Shown: positions 14,004 to 26,067 of the stretch, piece after piece
Numbering within the stretch: the stretch's first letter is position 1
How the letters are laid out: each line of letters opens with the position of its first letter
Origin: Amphiscolops sp. MND2022
Taxonomy: Eukaryota
Assembly (NCBI GenBank): GCA_964187785.1
Contig: OZ076409.1
Span: forward strand, 55,554,001 to 55,618,000
DNA: 64,000 nt
Direction: 5' to 3'
The notes under the pieces: model-generated
What the model saw: only the letters and a program-made list of their open reading frames with translations
Told to the model about the DNA's origin: nothing
The model's database searches: none
Translations under genes and position numbers: made by a program

Positions 14004-17000
14004 TGTTACGACTATTTGCCGGTGTTGTTTTAGAGTTAGTCGCAGTGTGTATCTTAACGGGAGTGGACGTCCTTATTGCGGAAACATTTTCAGGTTCAGA
14101 ACCAGAAACTTGGACGTTCACGTGGACCGTTTGTTTCTTGTTTAAAGGTGCTATCAGTTTAAGCATTTCCTTTTGGTTCTCCCCAAGTATTTTTGTTAAA
14201 TCAGACATGATTTCTTTTCTCAACGAAGTTTTAATTTCTTCGAGATTTTCAGGTTTTAGCCTAGCCGACTTACTAGGTCCAGCTATTAGGCTTTCACGAG
14301 GATTATTTTCAGCTAGGGAATCTTCAAAGTCACCAGAGACAAGCTCTGCTACAGCCTTCTTTTTCTGACTTCTAGTTGTCATTTTAGTTGAGAGAGAGAG
14401 TATCTTTGGAAAGATTGAATTCTTCAAAGATTTGAGTTTTCTTTCGAACACGTTACGATAACGGAACAGAACTAATTGTTACAAAACGGATTACAAAACT
14501 GAATGAATCACATGTATGTTTTACATTTTTATACCTTCCCAGCATCATTTGTTCCTCACTTAGAAATTCCTAGGTATCACAAAATCGGGTTTGTTCAACA
14601 AAAAGCGCTAATGATTCAAATTATTTCAGCCCGGTGTCATAAATTCAGGTATCGAAATTCCTAGTTGCGTCACTATTCCGTAAAACTTTGTTGAAAGCAT
14701 CTTTGTTCAGATAATCCATTTCCTGTTTGAGCTTCAAAATTGCGGCAAAATAGAAGCGTAGGCACGCCGGCGTGATCAATTAGTCAACATTCAAGTTAGG
14801 AAATTGAGATTCGAAGCAAAAAAATGACACTCAAAAATGACGACGGAAATGAAACGGAACTAAGAATTTCGGAAAATGGAAATGTCTAGTTATTAGAGAG
14901 GATAAATGATGCTAGAAGAATTTCACCAGAACACCTTGAACTACTGTTACACATCATGAAGCCACAACAATACTTATTTAGTACAAAATTACACAAACGT
15001 AAACACAACGGTAATTGTAGCGAAAAATAGGTTCGTATAAAATTTACGCCTCATATAATATTGGAATCATTTGTGGATTTTACATGATCATTATATAGGT
15101 CAAACTCAAACCAAACATAACTTGACTTCAACTAGATTACTACCTTAAAGTAGCATAAAATATGGACTTCCGGCGTTGTTACGCCAACATTAGTGTAAAG
15201 CATCAAAATGAAAGTTGTCCGTAATATAAAAAGGGGGGAAATTTCATAGCACTCTTAACACTGGCTGCGTACTTGATTATCATTGATAAGAATAACATGT
15301 GTGTTCTTAATTGAAGGGATTACCTAGGTACAACTAGCACCAAACGTTATCCTCACGTTGTCTTTTTTAACTACGCCAACGGAACGTAATAATATGATAT
15401 TCAACATTATTCTTTTAAAAGGGAGTCTTATGCAACGTGGTGTTAACGTATTATCTTTACAATGCAAGATTAAAACACACGGTAAACTTTTCAATTCTCT
15501 CTAACAGTACAGCTTTTCTTTTGTAAAGTTATTCCCGAAACCTTTAAATGCGTCGATTCAGAAAGACCTCGTTTAAATTCCATTTAGAACAATACTTCAT
15601 AGTTGCTGTTTTCACAATTTGCTCCGTAGGCCTTCCGTATGTATTAAGATTGGTTATAGCTGAGCGGCGGAATACAATTTTACAATCCGCTCCGTAAGCG
15701 CTCCGTATGTAATAAGATTGGTTATAGCTGAGCAGCAGTAGCAAGCGGAGTGAAAACGGAGAGCGTAGGCGTTTTCATTCGCTTTTCTTAGCTAGTAAGC
15801 GTTGCTAAAGGCAATCAAGCGCAATTCTATTGGTATGAGCTAAAATAATTCCGCCAGCAAGCGACGCTATTGGTCCGTAAAAATAGAAACACCCGTTGCT
15901 AGCCTAGTTGAGTGACGCTGTCATAACGTTGTAAACAATTACTTAAAATCACTTGACTGCGGTTTTAAGTGGAAATTTAACAACTATTTTAATATTGGAA
16001 TACATTTTCACTATATTTTTGTATGTTCTTACTTACTAGGTCCGACTTACTAGGTCCAGCTATTAGGCTTTCACGAGGATTATTTTCAGCTAGGGAATCT
16101 TCAAAGTCACCAGAGACAAGCTCTGCTACAGCCTTCTTTTTCTGACTTCTAGTTGTCATTTTAGTTGAGAGAGAGAGTATCTTTGGAAAGATTGAATTCT
16201 TCAAAGATTTGAGTTTTCTTTCGAACACGTTACGATAACGGAACAGAACTAATTGTTACAAAACGGATTACAAAACTGAATGAATCACATGTATGTTTTA
16301 CATTTTTATACCTTCCCAGCATCATTTGTTCCTCACTTAGAAATTCCTAGGTATCACAAAATCGGGTTTGTTCAACAAAAAGCGCTAATGATTCAAATTA
16401 TTTCAGCCCGGTGTCATAAATTCAGGTATCGAAATTCCTAGTTGCGTCACTATTCCGTAAAACTTTGTTGAAAGCATCTTTGTTCAGATAATCCATTTCC
16501 TGTTTGAGCTTCAAAATTGCGGCAAAATAGAAGCGTAGGCACGCCGGCGTGATCAATTAGTCAACATTCAAGTTAGGAAATTGAGATTCGAAGCAAAAAA
16601 ATGACACTCAAAAATGACGACGGAAATGAAACGGAACTAAGAATTTCGGAAAATGGAAATGTCTAGTTATTAGAGAGGATAAATGATGCTAGAAGAATTT
16701 CACCAGAACACCTTGAACTACTGTTACACATCATGAAGCCACAACAATACTTATTTAGTACAAAATTACACAAACGTAAACACAACGGTAATTGTAGCGA
16801 AAAATAGGTTCGTATAAAATTTACGCCTCATATAATATTGGAATCATTTGTGGATTTTACATGATCATTATATAGGTCAAACTCAAACCAAACATAACTT
16901 GACTTCAACTAGATTACTACCTTAAAGTAGCATAAAATATGGACTTCCGGCGTTGTTACGCCAACATTAGTGTAAAGCATCAAAATGAAAGTTGTCCGTA

Positions 17001-18224
17001 ATATAAAAAGGGGGGAAATTTCATAGCACTCTTAACACTGGCTGCGTACTTGATTATCATTGATAAGAATAACATGTGTGTTCTTAATTGAAGGGATTAC
17101 CTAGGTACAACTAGCACCAAACGTTATCCTCACGTTGTCTTTTTTAACTACGCCAACGGAACGTAATAATATGATATTCAACATTATTCTTTTAAAAGGG
17201 AGTCTTATGCAACGTGGTGTTAACGTATTATCTTTACAATGCAAGATTAAAACACACGGTAAACTTTTCAATTCTCTCTAACAGTACAGCTTTTCTTTTG
17301 TAAAGTTATTCCCGAAACCTTTAAATGCGTCGATTCAGAAAGACCTCGTTTAAATTCCATTTAGAACAATACTTCATAGTTGCTGTTTTCACAATTTGCT
17401 CCGTAGGCCTTCCGTATGTATTAAGATTGGTTATAGCTGAGCGGCGGAATACAATTTTACAATCCGCTCCGTAAGCGCTCCGTATGTAATAAGATTGGTT
17501 ATAGCTGAGCAGCAGTAGCAAGCGGAGTGAAAACGGAGAGCGTAGGCGTTTTCATTCGCTTTTCTTAGCTAGTAAGCGTTGCTAAAGGCAATCAAGCGCA
17601 ATTCTATTGGTATGAGCTAAAATAATTCCGCCAGCAAGCGACGCTATTGGTCCGTAAAAATAGAAACACCCGTTGCTAGCCTAGTTGAGTGACGCTGTCA
17701 TAACGTTGTAAACAATTACTTAAAATCACTTGACTGCGGTTTTAAGTGGAAATTTAACAACTATTTTAATATTGGAATACATTTTCACTATATTTTTGTA
17801 TGTTCTTTCATTTTAGATTGTATGGACTCCGTTGTGATGTCGGAGTTAAATGTAGTCCCTGTGTTTTCATTTTAGTGTGGAGCAACAAAAATGATCCCAT
17901 TTGCAAAAATATTTTTGTTTTAGTATTTAGATTGGAATGGAAAAACTCAGAAGATAAAACCGGAAAAAAAACGGGGTTGCGTGTGAAAACATTAATCCGG
18001 AAGTTTTAGCTAGTTTAAAAGTCATTTCTGAAAAATCTTCCGTAACGCTTACGTTGAATTCTGTATCTGGAAAATTATTTGCACTTATTTAGCTGTACTG
18101 TAAGTAGAATTTGATTAGTTTAACAGAGTTTAAAGTTATTTACTTTGCCCTTGTCCGTGTCCTCTGCCGAATCCCGGTATTCCAGAGCAGCAAGTAAAAT
18201 TACGACCGGGAGCGGGTCGTGACA
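14004..18224 (-). mobile_element. Solo LTR, copy 2, with an internal tandem duplication
   Basis: TG..CA ends and GTTGT TSD; 14265-16030 is repeated at 16042-17807. Confidence 0.9.
14265..17807. repeat. Tandem duplication, period 1777 bp, inside the solo LTR
   Basis: Identical ORFs at 15544 and 17321 (offset 1777); 11 nt filler ACTTACTAGGT at the junction. Confidence 0.93.
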
Positions 18225-19451
18225 GTTGTAACTGGCAAAAACGTAAACAAATTCACTACAAACTCTGAGTTGAACTTCATCTCACTGGGGCCAGCGAAAT
18301 TGGATCAACTTACTTTCAGCAAATTGACATGATTCGGAAACTGTGAACAAAATCCCTGGTCACATGCGTCTGGAAAACGAAGGCAATGTCACTGCAGTGA
18401 GAAGGCTTGGCAAAAAATTGAATCCGGCCAATGTCGCACCTAGAGGTTGTCGTCCCTTATTGATTACTACATCAAATAGTCATTTTCTACAAAATTGTTT
18501 CGCCAGAAGTCACTACCTGAAAACATATACTGATCCAGTGTATGTCAAGAAGTTCTTGATACCTAGAGAACGCAAAATTGAGAAAGCTGTACTGAAAAAT
18601 GTTATTCTTTGGTGTCGGAAGGTAAAAAGAGAGGATTTCCGCATCAAAATTTTGCAGCTCTTCTACCAAGGCAAACTAGTTCAATCGCGCACGTACTGAC
18701 TAAACTGTCTTTTGGTGAAATGTCAGTGAGTCTGTAGCATTGAAAAGAAACAACATTTGAACAAGTTATGTTCTGTCAACACTGTTTTTTTAGTCTTTTT
18801 AACAAAAACATGGCTCTCAAATGATGTGAAGAATTCTGAAGTTTTTGTGGGCAAGTCTTTCACTGTTATCGCTCGATCTGACCGTTCTTTTGGCTCTCAT
18901 GGAGGTGTGCTGGTTGGTGCCTCAAACGATGTCAATGCGAATATTATGGATGTCACTATTGCAGACTACGAATTCTCTCTACCGTGTGTTGTTGTTGATA
19001 TCAAACATATATGCTTCGTACTTATTTATTTCCCACTTTCTACATCTGAGGTGACTGCTTCAGTGAGTTATCAATGCGGTTTTGGCGATGATTATATTTT
19101 ATACATTCACGGTCATTTCAGTTTTCCTGTTATCGATTGGTCCACACTATCATCTTCAGATACCATTGAGGAAACATTCATTGAAACCTTTGACTTGTTA
19201 GCGGTTTCGCAGTTAATCGACCTCCCTACTCATAAGTTGGGAAATACTCTTGATCTGATTTTAACAAATGACACACTTGCCCTTTCAATGTTCACAAACA
19301 GTTGTTTTCTGATCATTTTCCAATATTATTCCAAACATCTTGTTGCCTGCCTAAACCAGTTTGTAATGAATCGCTCTCCGAATCTTCTTTTGACCAAATC
19401 CTCTTCAATAGTAATCTTGAAACTTTATTCACCTTGAAACTTTATTCACCT

Positions 19452-22400
19452 ATACTGTTGCTGAACTACTCCGCCATCATCTAGCTCCACAAGCCCATGA
19501 GCAGTCAATACAGCACAAGTTGCTACTAAGGAGTCGACACGGCGATCATCCGACCCACTATGGATAAGGATCGGATCGAATGGAGTCCAACTCAAATGCT
19601 GGGGCCACGTACGCTGCCACAATCCGCTCAATACACGGCATATACCAGCTAACATTTTCTGGACACATTTGTAAAAGAAAGGCAGTTGAGTACTGATTTC
19701 GAAACGGAAATACTGCTCGAAATGTAATCTGTACAAGTTAGAGTCTACGTCTGCATACTCCCGGTCCACATTCTTCAACAATGCAGCGATCTCATACTCC
19801 GCTGGGATACTGTGAACTGGATAGATAAACCTCATTAGCCCACGCAAAAAGTGAGCCAGTTCTCTTTCCGAGACAATGCCATAATCACGTCCACGTCCAC
19901 ACAAACTAGGACAATGCTTCACCACTGCAACACAAATACCAAAGAGTCACCCTCCAAACGTTGCACACGGAACCTTAGTTCTATACCCCACCCATAACCT
20001 AAGTTCAGTCCATAACAAAACATACGAATATACAGCTACACGTACACCCAAACGAGTCTCCGAACAACTACACATAAATCCATACTCACTCAAATCTAGC
20101 ACAAGGCGTAGAACAGCAAAACGAGGCCGAATCAATGCATCCTCGAACACCTGACTTTCTAGAAGAGTAATTGGACGCAGTTCGGATGTCACACCCGGTC
20201 TATGAGTGCCAAAGTACAGCGCCAAATCATTCCAGTAGTCCACCACTTCTGCGCAAACGAGTGCAAGTTGAGACACGTCATCTCCACCGAGTCGAATATA
20301 CTACAAAACAAGAGCACAATCTACCCTTTCACCAGAGCCAAACAACCGCAATCCTACACAAATGCCACGGCCTACACAAAAAAATTTCCTATACTAACCC
20401 GCCGAAATAAAGGCAACCGATCTAAGAAACCCTCTTGAGCCACAGACATCAGTCTCACACGAAAGTACTCCAAGACACTGAGGGGATCCAGACCCGCGAA
20501 CTCTGCAAGAAACTGTTTCTGTACCTCATCGAACACTGACCGCTGCGTTATCAACCCTACCACGAGTGGAGTCTTAGGCGATACCACTGCAGCTAATGCC
20601 CGCCCAACATGTACAACACCTTCTACCGCAGTCGTCTTCAATTGGGTCCTGTCTTTAAGACACGCAAGAATTGGGATGACGTTGTTCAACATACGCTTCT
20701 CCCATCCAGTTCCACCAGAAACAAGCACCAGAACCATTGACTTTATGCCATGGACGCCAACGATGTGGAGCTCACCACACCACCGCCAATCACACTGACG
20801 GATGCAGACGCCGATACAAGAGCTTGCTTCAATCAGTGCGTCTAACTGCTTCACTGCATATTGGTATAATCCATACAACACGAGACTCTAAACAGAATCA
20901 AACAACCTGATAAACTAGCGAAAACTTAACCAAACACAACACTCATACCCAAAAAGCGTAACAATGAACCGATAACAACCACATCACTAGCAAGTTACCT
21001 AAGTCGCCCGTACCGTTTAAAGTAACTGCAAAATTCGATTTTACCTGACACCGAGTGTAGGTCAGGGTACGGCACTCAAAATGAAGTTCGTTTGCCATAC
21101 AGTCCCTCCATGCTTCCAGCGACCGGAGCACCCCATCAAAGGACGTCACGGTCAGAAAACTCGAAACGAAATTACTCAACCACAAGTAATTCACACTTTC
21201 GTAATGCAAATGTGGGCGTGCGCCTTCTTCAGCCTCTGCCTCTTCAATTGCTATTCGCTCCTCCACAGTTAGCTTTAGGGCAGACTCTAGGAAGACCGGC
21301 GGTTCGGTCAGCCGGGCACGTCTAATCCGTCGATCTTCTTCTGCAGATACTGGCCTGCAAGACTTGTCCAGTAATGGCTTGTGTGTCATAATTCTGTACT
21401 TTTGTTCTAATCGGGTATGTTCTACCCCCTTCCAGTGATCCCACAGCGATGACAGCCCACGCCCTGCAATACTCAGGTCCGCCTGACAAAGCATACACCG
21501 AGCGTATCCGTCAATCACCCGCTTGTTTCGGGGGAAACCAACGAAGGTCCCCACGACGCCAGAAACAAAGTAGGACGGCTTTAGCGTCTTGATCTTCCGG
21601 GCACGAGCTAGAACAAACACACACAATGTGTTAAATAGTCCCACATAAACTCAAACTTGCAAAAAAAAACAAAACAAATTGTCTTGTCTCTTGATAGTCT
21701 TAGCATTATTGTTAACTAAAACCCCACCCATTATCTTTTGAGATTCTTACCAAATTTAGCAGCTGTCATTTTCCCCGCACTGGATGCTCCCGCTGTCGTC
21801 CCCTCTCCAAACATGGAGGGAACCATCGATGCCGGCCGACTCATGACCGACAAGTCATTTTGAGCGTCACTTCCACCTGGCACAACACCCACAGACGATG
21901 ATGATATGAGGGGCACATCCTCCACAGGTACGGCTGCGCTCAAGTCACCAGCAGGGACTAAACGGGAAACTGCTGCAGTCAGCTGCCCGACAAACTCATC
22001 CACAGCCATTGCACCAACTGTCCCTAGCTGACCAAGAGTGGATTCGATGGTAGCCTTTACTACGCCGGACAACTCTTTTTCCAGTCGGGCGATCGAAGCA
22101 ACGACGTCGCTCAGAGTCAACACGCCCCCCACCGCCACACCTGGAAACATTCCACCCAAAGGATAACAATGCAGATTACTACACGTCGCGAAAACGAGAT
22201 CAAATCTCGACGCCAACTCTAAACAACTGACACGCCGTACAGAGTAATAACGGTTATGCTACACCTTCGTTACAACAATGGACCAGTTAGCGAACAGACC
22301 TACCAGTTTGGCTGTACACATAATTCCGGAGCCCAGTCTCGACGGCACTCACGGGAGACGCACCTACTGGAGGCTCATTCTGTTGGAGCATTCGACGTAG

Positions 22401-22929
22401 AACGGCGACGATATCGGTCAGACTCAAAGCTTCTGCAACACACACAGTACAACCTAACCTATGAGTATCATTAGCAATGTCTAAAAGTCTATCCAAGGTA
22501 AAAATTCCCGGGATGTTCTTTCAGTCGTGACGTTGGTAACTACACTACACAAATACCAATGCCACAAACACTCCAATTACCTTGACGAGCTTAGCCCTAA
22601 TTAAAAATCACCCAATAACGAACTCGTAGAAAGACCGTCTCAATAGCCGAAAAAAAATGACAACTACGGATTTACTTACCGAATTCGCTGGACAGAGCTA
22701 TGTCCAACAACGTCAACAACGTAGTCGCAGCCTCTACATTGGATGAATTCACACGCCGAGCAAACTGGCAGCATAATAATTGCCTCTCTCCTTCCAACAA
22801 CGCATCAACTGAGGCTTGGAAATCCTCTTCATCGGATAACTGCTCCAGATTGGACATCTCAGCTAACGCACCTTCTGCGGCTATCACAATCGATGCGACT
22901 TCTTCTTCAGATAACTCAGCTGATAACAT
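19452..22929 (-). pseudogene. Spliced hAT-transposase-derived gene of element A, copy 3 (most complete; 3' end cut by the duplication breakpoint)
   Basis: Exons ..22304, 22218-21751, 21607-21045, 20887-20399, 20300-20090 and 19924-19452 join in frame through GT-AG introns of 85, 143, 157, 98 and 165 bp. BED-like CxxC..HxxxxxH finger; VCAEVVDYWNDLALYF helix. The first exons are less certain. Confidence 0.8.
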
Positions 22930-24909
22930 TCAAGTAAAAGCCGGAACTAATCATGAACAACGAATGGCGAACGAGACAAAACGGTCTATGGCTGTAGAAT
23001 TCGCGATCAACCAGGCTTCAGCGTCTTTGACGATACGAGATGTGGACTAATCACCCACACCCTCTGTGTTCACAAGGCATCGAAATATCACAAAGAGAAT
23101 TTTCAACCGAATTTACTCGAAAATAGTTCACTCGGAAAAAATTCAGGCTCAAAGAACGCTTTCGTTCGAATACTAAAGATCGCCGAAACCTACTCATAAA
23201 CAAAAAAAGAAAAAAACAACACCGAAAAGCAAAGTTAACAAGAAGACAAAATGCCAAATTCGAAAGTCTTAATACCCTGCAAGTGAGTTTCCACGCAGAG
23301 CAACCTAGATGCAGATAGTATCACTGAACCGATTTCCTGCTAGTCAAGCTACATCCACCTGGTATACCGCTAACTGGACAATAACAACTTCAATCAACAA
23401 CTAAATCAATCGCAACCAAGCTTACTTCCTTCTCTCGTATTTGGCATCGACGAAGATTTGTTTACAAAGCGCACGATGTTCCACTACATTCACTTCCAAA
23501 CAGTTACCGAATTAGCCGAGTAATTATATCACGCTGCCACGTTCGATTAATTTCCGGCAGATTCATTCTTACTTAAACTCTTACTGCAAACATCGCTCAC
23601 AATTGGATGACGTGGCTACTCTCGCCACATCGACTCTACATTTGCTCTTTACCGAAGTGGATCAATCAACGCGCTAATTTTATTCTCTTCCTCTCGCTTG
23701 CTGAACTGAACCGAAGTAACCGTTGGTTCCAACCAATCCGACTATTTCCAGCCATGAAGTCGACTCGTCTTTGCCGATGTGGTTGCTATGCCATCATCCG
23801 CAACAAACAATGCAAACGTAGTTGAAGTCACTACATCAGCCGAATAACCTTCGCAGCAAGATTAGGCAGCTATCACTTACTTCACACCTGATGCTGCTAC
23901 ATTTACCACACCTCCCCGCTACCAGCCTTCTAAATACCCCTGCATTCCACTTTTCCTTTTAAGGAGGGGGAGTGTCATGCCGGAAGCATGAATGAAACTG
24001 ATAAAAAACATTCTAAACATTAAAAATTCAGTTAAATGTAATACTCTTGATATTTCAATAACCATGAATTACCATTGAACAATGACGGGCCTATCCTATC
24101 ATCATCACTACTTTCCAAGAATAAAATCGATTTGTAAAGGTTGGCATCATTTACTCATTACACGCTACGTACAAGTGCTTTCATCATATTTAACTTCATC
24201 AGTAATCTGTAGTTTTATATATAACAATGGTATGACACCATCATCATAGATTCAATTTGTATCAACCAACGCAATACTAAAGTGATAGTTGATTCATGTA
24301 ACCATGGTAACATATCGACGCTATCTTTTGTACCAAACGCCATTTACGTTGCTACCAACAGGACGCACGATTTAACACCTAATCAATAGCGCAATACTAT
24401 TGGTCAATGCAGTCACGTGACCAGCTTTAGTGTAAATTGCGACAAGTGTTGAAATACCTTCAGTACAATTTACCTTCAGCTAACGTAGTGTTGCTTACCT
24501 CATTGACTTACGCAAAACTTGATATTCACATTTTCAACTTGATCAATAAACCTTTAAAACAGCAATTCCTTTCGACGATTTTGAAGATGGTCAATACTAG
24601 ATCTCAAAACGTAGATAGTTACGCAGCATGTTCCAGCGCAATGGAACAAAACAGTGACAATGAGAGCGAATATAATTTCCGTAACACGTTATCACGAAAT
24701 CAAATGAACGAATTCGAGAATGGAGATTTGATCAACGTTAGACATAATTCCAACCTAAAGTTCAGTCGACCAGCGTTTCATGGAAATGAACAGACAAATC
24801 AATGATTTACCAAGTATTGTGTTAGCCCTTACTGAGAAAATTTCATCATCGACAACCGAATGTAGCGGACTCAACACCGTTACTAATACGAACGTGACCC
24901 GTTCTGACA
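19452..24909 (+). mobile_element. Gypsy-type element A, 3' portion, copy 3 (LTR 23973-24909)
   Basis: PPT followed by a TGTCA..TGACA LTR, with the antisense gene upstream. Confidence 0.75.
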
Positions 24910-26067
24910 GTAACATATTCCAATATGATCGTAAGTATGTCGTGGTAGTAAGAAGCTCAATTTTGACTGGCCATCGACTAGGATGAAAATCAAGACATGA
25001 TGTTCCGTATTTCAACCTAAAAAACGTCATCTTGTTGTACAATCGTCTTCGTGTAATATCATATAGACTCAATTGTGGTGTCTCAATTGGATGTCGAGGT
25101 ATTTCACTATTGGGGCAGTCCCCTTAGTGCTCAAAAAGCGCAGTCTTTTATAATTGCTCGTGTACTTGTGTTTTAGATGGTTCTGTTATATTTTAGATTC
25201 GAGACCACGGCAAATAATTTACGAAAGGCGATGAATTAAAATGAGTCAAATCATCAGAGTGGATTTTGGAAAAGTTTGAAGCAGTGTATTAGGTTTTGTT
25301 CAAATTTTAAGTCGGAATAATCTTTAAAGTGGTGTAAAGTATCAAAAGTGTTTAGTTTACTTGTGGAAATGAGAAGTGGATATTAAGCTCCTATAATCCA
25401 CTTAGAGTGTTGTTTAAAATGAAGAGTTTTATATATTTTTTTCATATTTTACATTCTTTCATTCTCATAGAGTTCGAGTAACAAATTTTCCATCTTCGAG
25501 CCAAGTTACTAATTGTGGAGTTCTAGTAGTTTCTGTCAAGGTTACAGTCAAGTTGAGTTGCTCGAAGGAATGTATTACCTTGAGAAAGATGTTTTCAATT
25601 TGCAAGTATAGAGTTTGTCAGTTGTTCAGAGAAGTATGTTGGTTGTTCATTTTGTTTCGAGGTTTTTGATTGGCAAGTCTTTAATTTAAATTTAAGAATT
25701 ATTGAATTGACTTATCGAGACCAGTTTACGTTTAATTCCTGTTATTTCAGCACAGCGTTGTAGTTTTATAAACACACTCAAAAACAGATTTCATCGATGT
25801 GATCTAGGAACATTTCAAATTTTGAGTGTCATTGTTGTTCACAATTAGTTCACACTCGGCAGGTTCACACTTGTAGTTGCACTTGGCAATTAAAACTTGG
25901 AGAGTTGATATCCAGTTTTCATCCAAATGAGAAAGTTGAAAGAAGGTGAGTAAGCTCCTGGTTAGTTAGAAGACTTGGAATTTTAAATCCTTGTGGGACC
26001 AATTTGAAATATTCGAGAGTTTTTGCTTAGTGTGAATTTTCAATTGAATAGTTTCATTTTGTATGTT

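Larger units (their letters stand above)
13615..19435 (+). mobile_element. PHD-ORF1 LINE, copy 2 (truncated before RT)
   Basis: Same motifs as copy 1; APE ORF 18757-19437. Confidence 0.85.
7833..19451. repeat. Tandem segmental duplication, copy 2
   Basis: Same junction at both ends (..TTTATTCACCT|ATACTGTTGC at 7832/7833 and 19451/19452). Has a private 827 bp deletion at 10850 and a 1777 bp internal duplication. Confidence 0.95.
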
